Shown here in pieces: positions 58,839-64,000 of a DNA stretch of 64,000 nt. The notes beneath the pieces are model-generated. The model made no database searches. It was not told the origin of the DNA and worked only from the letters and a program-made list of their open reading frames with translations. Made by a program: the position numbers and the translations under genes. The stretch comes from a virus (taxonomy: Duplodnaviria > Caudoviricetes), in IMG/VR virus record IMGVR_UViG_3300001765_000038, positions 11,777 to 75,776 of that record; one strand, written 5' to 3'. Position 1 is the stretch's first letter. The number at the start of each line of letters is the position of its first letter.

Positions 58839-59457
58839 TTTCTTTTATTATCTCCTTGAATAATTCTTTAATTTTAGCATCATCCAACGAAGGTGTGATG
58901 AATGGTGTGTATTTGTTTAGCAAAAATATTGTATCTGATACCATTGGATCTATTTCATATTCGATCCCCCATTTATCCAATACAGGAAGAATACAATGAT
59001 CAAGAATAATAACAGACTCTTTGCTAATGTTTCTTGCAAGGAGTAATTGTAAAATAGGTGGTTTGTTGCCAGAAGGAGTTTTGCGAAATAAATCTTTAAT
59101 GTGCTCGACTTTTTTTGTTTCCACAATTTTCGATAATACATTGAAGTCATTTTTTAAATAGTGTAATTGAGAATCTCGAATCGATTTCCATTTTAGAAAA
59201 AATTCATCCGCTTGTTGTTTAGATTGATATAACCAATTGTGATCATTGTTTACGAATTGTGCTAAACAATATTGACCAACTTGTTTGGTAGAAAAGAATT
59301 TTGATGCCCATAATTCAAATAAATGTTTGTCTCGTCTTTTGTCATATGAATTAGTATTTATTGTTTTAGATTTCCCACAATATTTGAAAACATCATATGT
59401 AGATGTGAAATGTAAGTGGAGTGCTTGGTATTTTTGAAAAAACTCATAACCATTCAT
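58825..59457 (-). CDS. gp59: Helicase loader gp59
   Basis: GYEFFQKYQALHLHFT..YDVFKY.GK, YDKRRDKHLF, PPILQLLL...ISKES.IILD; located next to gp33 and gp32. Confidence 0.85.
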   Translation of the reverse strand: MNGYEFFQKYQALHLHFTSTYDVFKYCGKSKTINTNSYDKRRDKHLFELWASKFFSTKQVGQYCLAQFVNNDHNWLYQSKQQADEFFLKWKSIRDSQLHYLKNDFNVLSKIVETKKVEHIKDLFRKTPSGNKPPILQLLLARNISKESVIILDHCILPVLDKWGIEYEIDPMVSDTIFLLNKYTPFITPSLDDAKIKELFKEIIKENETI

Positions 59458-59538
59458 TTAAGTCCATATACGATAAATTGTTAGAAAAATAATAACGGGA
59501 ACTAAAATGCACCAAAGAAGTAAATCCATTTTATACAT
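59458..59538 (-). CDS. 26-aa single-pass membrane micropeptide
   Basis: MYKMDLLLWCILVPVIIFLTIYRIWT fills the gp33-gp59 gap exactly (1 nt after the gp33 stop; its stop abuts the gp59 ATG). Confidence 0.6.
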   Translation of the reverse strand: MYKMDLLLWCILVPVIIFLTIYRIWT

Positions 59539-59539
59539 T

Positions 59540-59758
59540 TTACAGTCCCGGCAATTGTGCTTCGCGTTTCAATAAACCATCATTCATTGCGTCAGTTTTA
59601 ATTTTACCCTTGAGATTACTTGAAATCAATTTAACAATATCCTCTGGATCGATTTCATTTTCTTTACAATAAAAAATGACGGCATCAAGATAATTAAGTC
59701 GTTTTTCAGAAACAATATTTTCTATTTCTGTTTGAAATTTGGCATCTGTAAGAAACAT
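59540..59758 (-). CDS. gp33: Late transcription co-activator gp33
   Basis: F..EIE.IV.EKRLNYLDAVIFYCKENEIDPE.I.KLIS.NLK.KI..DA...LL. Confidence 0.9.
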   Translation of the reverse strand: MFLTDAKFQTEIENIVSEKRLNYLDAVIFYCKENEIDPEDIVKLISSNLKGKIKTDAMNDGLLKREAQLPGL

Positions 59759-59973
59759 TATCGTGGCTTTTCAAAAGAAATTTCACCAATACGGCGCAGA
59801 TTGTCAAGTTTGATATAGCTCAATTTTGGCCGAGTAATACTATTTGTCACTTCGATATAAGTGACACCATCAATTTCTTTCTTCATTGCATCTTTAATTG
59901 GATATCCATAATATACATCACCTGTAGCAATGTTTTCATATTTTTCCAATGTTACCATACGCTTGCGATTCAT
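59758..59973 (-). CDS. Hypothetical protein
   Basis: Likely start MNRKR at 59973 (AGGA upstream); TAATG overlap with gp33. Confidence 0.6.
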   Translation of the reverse strand: MNRKRMVTLEKYENIATGDVYYGYPIKDAMKKEIDGVTYIEVTNSITRPKLSYIKLDNLRRIGEISFEKPR

Positions 59974-59974
59974 T

Positions 59975-60256
59975 TTATTTCCTGTTATAAAAGTGATTAA
60001 GTGTCGAATATTTGTCACTGAGTTCAGTATACAACCTCCATCCTTCAGTGTCATCCTCATCCATTTTGTATTGTTTAATCATATCAGGATCATTCAATAA
60101 TTGCAATATTTTCTTTTCAGTTTTTGCTCGCTCGTCATAAATGAAATGCTTTAATTCATCTAAATGTCCTTCAGATTTATACACATTGAAGTCGTGAAAT
60201 ACAGCATTGTAGATATGAACACCATACTTGGTCTTTAGTACAATTGCGGGTTTCAT
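59975..60256 (-). CDS. Hypothetical protein
   Basis: 93 aa, tightly packed in the early operon. Confidence 0.6.
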   Translation of the reverse strand: MKPAIVLKTKYGVHIYNAVFHDFNVYKSEGHLDELKHFIYDERAKTEKKILQLLNDPDMIKQYKMDEDDTEGWRLYTELSDKYSTLNHFYNRK

Positions 60257-60450
60257 GATAGGTTTGCCTTTAGAAATTGAATTGCAGATGCAAGTTGATC
60301 CATTTGCTTACGATCCATCATAAGAGTGACACATTCGCCGGGTGCGTCAATCCAAAACAATGGTTCCGGATATCCCAACTCACCATTTTGAATCATCTCA
60401 TAACCAACTTCAAAATTGTTGTTATCACAATCTTTCATTATAATTTTCAT
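60253..60450 (-). CDS. Hypothetical protein
   Basis: 65 aa, ATGA overlap with the downstream gene. Confidence 0.55.
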   Translation of the reverse strand: MKIIMKDCDNNNFEVGYEMIQNGELGYPEPLFWIDAPGECVTLMMDRKQMDQLASAIQFLKANLS

Positions 60451-60453
60451 TAT

Positions 60454-60744
60454 TTACTCCGTACATTTAGAACAAAAATAAGGTGATGGTGGAATCTCAC
60501 GACTAAATCCATTATCAGCAGGACCACCACAATTAGGACACACATTTATATCTTCTTCCTCTGGTTCATCACATAGAGGATCAATATGATTCGCAGCACG
60601 AAGAATGTCATCAGCAAATCTACGAGCAGCATCTGCATCAATGGCAAAAGTATTAAATGTCCCATCAACATTAAAATTAATAAAAACTTTACCTTCACCT
60701 CTGTAATTGCCAGGTCCGGCTATAAAATAATTAAACATATTCAT
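60454..60744 (-). CDS. Hypothetical protein with C-terminal CxxC...CxxC zinc ribbon
   Basis: CPNCGG...FCSKC. Confidence 0.65.
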   Translation of the reverse strand: MNMFNYFIAGPGNYRGEGKVFINFNVDGTFNTFAIDADAARRFADDILRAANHIDPLCDEPEEEDINVCPNCGGPADNGFSREIPPSPYFCSKCTE

Positions 60745-61055
60745 AGTACCATATCCTTATAATCAATCATTTCGATTTTCATATCATCTGTTTCCTGTTC
60801 TTTGAATCCTGTATACACCATTGCCATATATCCAGTAGTACGTTCTTCATTTTTATGACAATCATATGTGCTACCAGACTCACCATGAAACCGATAATAT
60901 GTTCCACAATCTTCTACTTTGGTAATTCCAGAATTCATCTTCCAACTATCGCTACCAAGATACCCGCCATACCATCCGGCGAATACTCGATAATGACTTT
61001 TTTCTTTGTCGGTCAATTTCAGAATCACCCAAGCATCAGGTGTGTAGTTGCTCAT
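60741..61055 (-). CDS. Conserved phage hypothetical protein
   Basis: YTPDAWV, YRVFAGWYGGYLGSDSWKMNSGITKV, GESGSTYDC; a pattern I recall from many large phages. Confidence 0.7.
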   Translation of the reverse strand: MSNYTPDAWVILKLTDKEKSHYRVFAGWYGGYLGSDSWKMNSGITKVEDCGTYYRFHGESGSTYDCHKNEERTTGYMAMVYTGFKEQETDDMKIEMIDYKDMVL

Positions 61056-61237
61056 TTATCTTCACCTTTCACGATTGCTTTGCAAATTGCTCGTGCTTGC
61101 TCAACTGTTTGTGTTTTGTGATATGTCATACATCGTTCAGTGGCAGTTTTAGTTGTAGTCATATCACTCATGAGTACCAAACACATAATAAAAGTAAATA
61201 ATATTCCAACGACAAATCCAGTGAATGCATCATTCAT
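61052..61237 (-). CDS. Hypothetical membrane-anchored protein
   Basis: N-terminal hydrophobic helix followed by a short Cys-pair domain. Confidence 0.6.
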   Translation of the reverse strand: MNDAFTGFVVGILFTFIMCLVLMSDMTTTKTATERCMTYHKTQTVEQARAICKAIVKGEDK

Positions 61238-62646
61238 ACTACTACTCCTTCATAACGAGGTGCACCAATAGTCTCCATCATAACATCCCATGGAGTGAAA
61301 TTTTTTGCCTTCAACACTGAACGCATGATTGAAGGACTGAAACCAGAGATTAGTGCTGTACCTCCTTCTTTAAATGCAACTGGTGCATTGCCATAACTCG
61401 CATTCAAGTTCCAGAAAATAACTTTAGGAACTTCATAGTCAGCAGATGCGTACATGCGACGAATCATTGTCATTGCTGTGTCATTTGGTTCTTTAGCGCA
61501 TTCATCAAACTGCATATCGCTCAAGATCAAAATGTACTTAGGCATGTTTTCTGGTTCAACATGACTAGAAATTGCAGTGGACAATACTGTCTTAAATGCA
61601 GACTCAATATTGGTATTCATGCCCCAATCTGCATTTTCCATCTCTGCCATTTGCATAACAATATTATCACCTTTCAGAACTTGCAAATGTGGTGTTGCAG
61701 AGAACGTCAAGAACGCACCTTTGAAAGCACCTTTTTGCTTGTTGGCAATATACAAACCAAGACCAACTGCAACATCCATGCATGTTACATTAGAACTACC
61801 TGCTTTGCAACCCATTGAACCTGACACATCCACCATGGGCAGAATTGCATCATCGCCCAAATAATTAGGCAATGAATCCCATTGTGCTTGTGCTACAATT
61901 TGATCGCCATGACGAATGCCTTGAATTACATCATGTGGAAAAATTGCAGATGCATTAACTTTTGCTTCACCAGAAACAAGTTTTTGCTTGTACTGTGAAT
62001 AACCCATAGGATCATGGCGACCGAACGCTTGTTGATATTGCTTTGCAGCGATAGATGGAACATGTTCATAATTGATTTTCGACCAATCACCAGAACACAT
62101 AGCAGTTTCAACTACTTGCGTACCATGCACAAGCATTTTGCGGTATGCCTTTGGCGACAGATTCATCCAGTTACGAAGATCAACAGCATCTTTACCTTTA
62201 CGGGGCATCCATTTGCTGCACAATCCATAACCCTCGCCTTGATTGCGAAGTGTATCAGTGATATGACGGAACGCTGCTTCACGACATTCTTTCTTTGTCA
62301 AAACAAGCAAATCATCCCAGCGACCGAATGCAGGAATCAATCGGATATTCTTTACAATTGTTGAAGGTGAAATAACTTCCAGCACACCTAAAAGGTTGCG
62401 GAATGTTTGACGCTCACCTGCACCTTCTCGGACATCACGAGTCCAGAACAGAATTTTTGCAGCAGTCAAAGCATCGTCAGCAAATGCGCGAGCGAATGCA
62501 ACTTTGATTCCTTCGGGATCATTGCGTGATGATCCAACATTGAAAAACAAATCAGTGCAAAGACTGCCTGTTTTATCAAGTGCAGCCATACCATTTGTGG
62601 TTACGGTTGCTTGCGGTGCAGCGATAGCTTGTGCAAATGTAGTCAT
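61234..62646 (-). CDS. DUF2828-family protein: TROVE-like helical domain plus vWA/MIDAS domain
   Basis: TTNGM, DLFFNVG, ILFWTRDVREGAGER, FGRWDDLL, KWMPRK, VSGEAKVNASAIFPHDV; MIDAS DVSGSM...TN...ILSDMQFD; IFWNL; LISGFSP. GGAG Shine-Dalgarno. Confidence 0.85.
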   Translation of the reverse strand: MTTFAQAIAAPQATVTTNGMAALDKTGSLCTDLFFNVGSSRNDPEGIKVAFARAFADDALTAAKILFWTRDVREGAGERQTFRNLLGVLEVISPSTIVKNIRLIPAFGRWDDLLVLTKKECREAAFRHITDTLRNQGEGYGLCSKWMPRKGKDAVDLRNWMNLSPKAYRKMLVHGTQVVETAMCSGDWSKINYEHVPSIAAKQYQQAFGRHDPMGYSQYKQKLVSGEAKVNASAIFPHDVIQGIRHGDQIVAQAQWDSLPNYLGDDAILPMVDVSGSMGCKAGSSNVTCMDVAVGLGLYIANKQKGAFKGAFLTFSATPHLQVLKGDNIVMQMAEMENADWGMNTNIESAFKTVLSTAISSHVEPENMPKYILILSDMQFDECAKEPNDTAMTMIRRMYASADYEVPKVIFWNLNASYGNAPVAFKEGGTALISGFSPSIMRSVLKAKNFTPWDVMMETIGAPRYEGVVV

Positions 62647-62657
62647 TATGTATCTCC

Positions 62658-62763
62658 AGATTAAAGTTTAAAAGTTTGCTGTAATTAATCTAATTCAATA
62701 TCAGGATGAAAGATGTTTATTGACCTCTCGGTCCGCATGGGTTATGTTTGCTGAATTCATCCT
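62658..62763 (-). ncRNA. Candidate structured leader RNA: two hairpins, each carrying UU(A)CAGCAAAC
   Basis: Hairpin 1: AGGAUGAA-UUCAGCAAAC...GACC-GAGA-GGUC...-UUCAUCCU (62763-62703). Hairpin 2: AGAUUAA-UUACAGCAAAC...-UUAAUCU (62691-62658), abutting the GGAG RBS. Confidence 0.65.
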
Positions 62764-62772
62764 ATGTTGCAT

Positions 62773-62801
62773 ATTATATATAATATCCTATTTAATGTCA
62801 A
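62773..62801 (-). promoter_or_regulatory. Perfect sigma70 promoter TTGACA-N17-TATAAT
   Basis: TTGACA at 62801-62796, TATAAT at 62778-62773, 17-nt spacer; predicted +1 near 62765-62767. Confidence 0.85.
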
Positions 62802-62994
62802 TAGATGATTTAAACAAAACAGAAATCAAAATTTGAATGCCCCACATCTGTGCCCAACCTACTTCTTGAATCGCGGGAATAGCAGGCACGAGACAATAAT
62901 TCCATAAAAGCATCAACGGATATGCAAGCACCAATCCAAACAAAATAGCGAACAATAATATTACTCCAACTTTTACCAGCATATATAACCTCAC
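62788..62994 (-). CDS. Hypothetical membrane protein (two hydrophobic segments)
   Basis: 68 aa; PLMLLWNYCLVPAIP..EVGWAQMWGI. Confidence 0.65.
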   Translation of the reverse strand: MRLYMLVKVGVILLFAILFGLVLAYPLMLLWNYCLVPAIPAIQEVGWAQMWGIQILISVLFKSSIDIK

Positions 62995-63176
62995 GAAAAA
63001 AGTTTCAAAATATTAGAAAAAATCCACAAAGCGCCCAATCCACCACTTATTACAATAAGTTGCACTAACATAGGAATTCCTACAACTAAAAACACTGCAA
63101 TCAAAAACCCTATCGGCAACCAAATTGGAGCAGTTATAATTATAACAACCCATTGCATTAAAGACAAATTTAACAT
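62991..63176 (-). CDS. Hypothetical membrane protein
   Basis: Likely start MLNLSLMQ at the TAATG overlap with the ATPase stop; almost entirely hydrophobic. Confidence 0.55.
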   Translation of the reverse strand: MLNLSLMQWVVIIITAPIWLPIGFLIAVFLVVGIPMLVQLIVISGGLGALWIFSNILKLFS

Positions 63177-64000
63177 TACGCCATTACCGTGTAGAGTGCC
63201 AATCTTTCCCAACCTTCACCAACATCCTTGCGAAGTTTCAATACATTCAATGCACTACGTACATTCAGGTCAGTGAATTTAGCAGCGTGAGTACGCACAA
63301 AATTAAGAGCAATATTTTTGTCTTCTGTATCAGCATCCACTTGCGTGAATACATGAGCAATCCTATCCACCTTTTCATTCATTGTCAGTGTCAAATCAAC
63401 TTTCATCGACCGCGACAACAGCGCTTGCGGAAATTTCACGAGCGGCAAGTTACTAATGAAAATAACACGACCTGTAAACTCGAAGCGATTCGGCAATTCT
63501 TCTTTTTCAGAAAATTCTGCACCCCAAGTGATAACACGTTTCGGTTCAGAATCAAGAGCACCCTTCAGCAGGTTTGCACCGATCGGATCTTTGTGCACTG
63601 AATCTGCATCATCAAAAATGATAATCTTGCCATTATTTTCCCACAAAGTGCGATACATTGCCTTGGCAGTGCTGTAACCCTTGATAACGACAAAATCACC
63701 ATTCCAGTCACCAATCGATTCTTCTTTCAAACCCATTTTTTTAAGAGTGTTGATTACCGTGTAGGTTTTGCCCAAACCACCGTCACCAGTGATAATCAGG
63801 GAATTCATAACCTTGCGCTTGATCATGCCAACGAACTGTTCGATGAATTCGAAACGCTCATCAACTGAGAATTCGCATTTTTCATCTTTGACCGGAGCTG
63901 CCATCGTTTCAATAGCACGATCCGTATCAATATTGATACCAAATTGCTTTGCCTTGCGGCCCATGTAATATTCTGTGCCTTTGGCAACAACTTTGCCATT
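63176..64000 (-). CDS. AAA+-type P-loop ATPase, 5' end probably outside the window
   Basis: Walker A ITGDGGLGKT, Walker B IIIFDDADS, ALLSRS arginine-finger region. The frame stays open from the track ATG (63964) to base 64000 (NGKVVAKGTEYY). Confidence 0.8.
   Translation of the reverse strand, partial: NGKVVAKGTEYYMGRKAKQFGINIDTDRAIETMAAPVKDEKCEFSVDERFEFIEQFVGMIKRKVMNSLIITGDGGLGKTYTVINTLKKMGLKEESIGDWNGDFVVIKGYSTAKAMYRTLWENNGKIIIFDDADSVHKDPIGANLLKGALDSEPKRVITWGAEFSEKEELPNRFEFTGRVIFISNLPLVKFPQALLSRSMKVDLTLTMNEKVDRIAHVFTQVDADTEDKNIALNFVRTHAAKFTDLNVRSALNVLKLRKDVGEGWERLALYTVMA

Noticed and set aside
1297-63968. The many short opposite-strand or out-of-frame ORFs in the track (e.g. 3474-3995+, 5121-5567+, 7684-7956+, 56200-56715-, 61577-61864+)
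   Set aside because: They lie wholly within long, recognisable genes, mirror their codon bias and lack RBSs; they are shadow ORFs.
1-64000. tRNA genes, introns or inteins
   Set aside because: The intergenic gaps are too short or lack cloverleaf/T-loop signatures, and no intein or homing-endonuclease motifs were seen in the core genes.

Overview
The window is a gene-dense, AT-rich segment of a large T4-like myovirus genome, with no host genes, tRNAs, CRISPR arrays or integrase seen. Most of it is the baseplate/tail module, in two divergent late units. Leftward: gp48, gp53, gp27, gp5, gp5.1-like, PAAR (gp5.4), gp25, gp6, gp7, gp8, two DUF4815/VrlC paralogues, a small coiled-coil gene and a tail fibre, running straight into a sulfotransferase / TPR-glycosyltransferase / methyltransferase / glycosyltransferase / methyltransferase cluster. 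Rightward: gp4, gp2, gp54, gp26-like, a gp51-tail frame and the tape measure (gp29-like). The right end is a minus-strand early/replication region: an AAA ATPase, a DUF2828 TROVE-like/vWA gene, small hypotheticals, gp33, gp59 and gp32. Five signals stand out. (1) A canonical -1 frameshift cassette (T TTT TTC, 6-nt spacer, 9-bp hairpin) joins the gp26-like gene to a start-less gp51-type tail just upstream of the tape measure, a lambda G/GT-like arrangement in a T4-like phage. (2) A 5017-aa gp5.1-like protein carries about 13 RCC1/BLIP-II propeller blocks, and two more blocks are grafted into a split DUF4815 paralogue. (3) A tandem hairpin RNA motif (stem-UU(A)CAGCAAAC) begins at the +1 of a perfect sigma70 promoter upstream of the DUF2828 gene. 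(4) The gp5 spike carries two different cell-wall hydrolase domains. (5) A late-expressed glycosylation/sulfation/methylation cluster appears co-transcribed with a Thr-rich fibre. All family calls come from motif recognition by eye and from remembered homologues; no database search was run.
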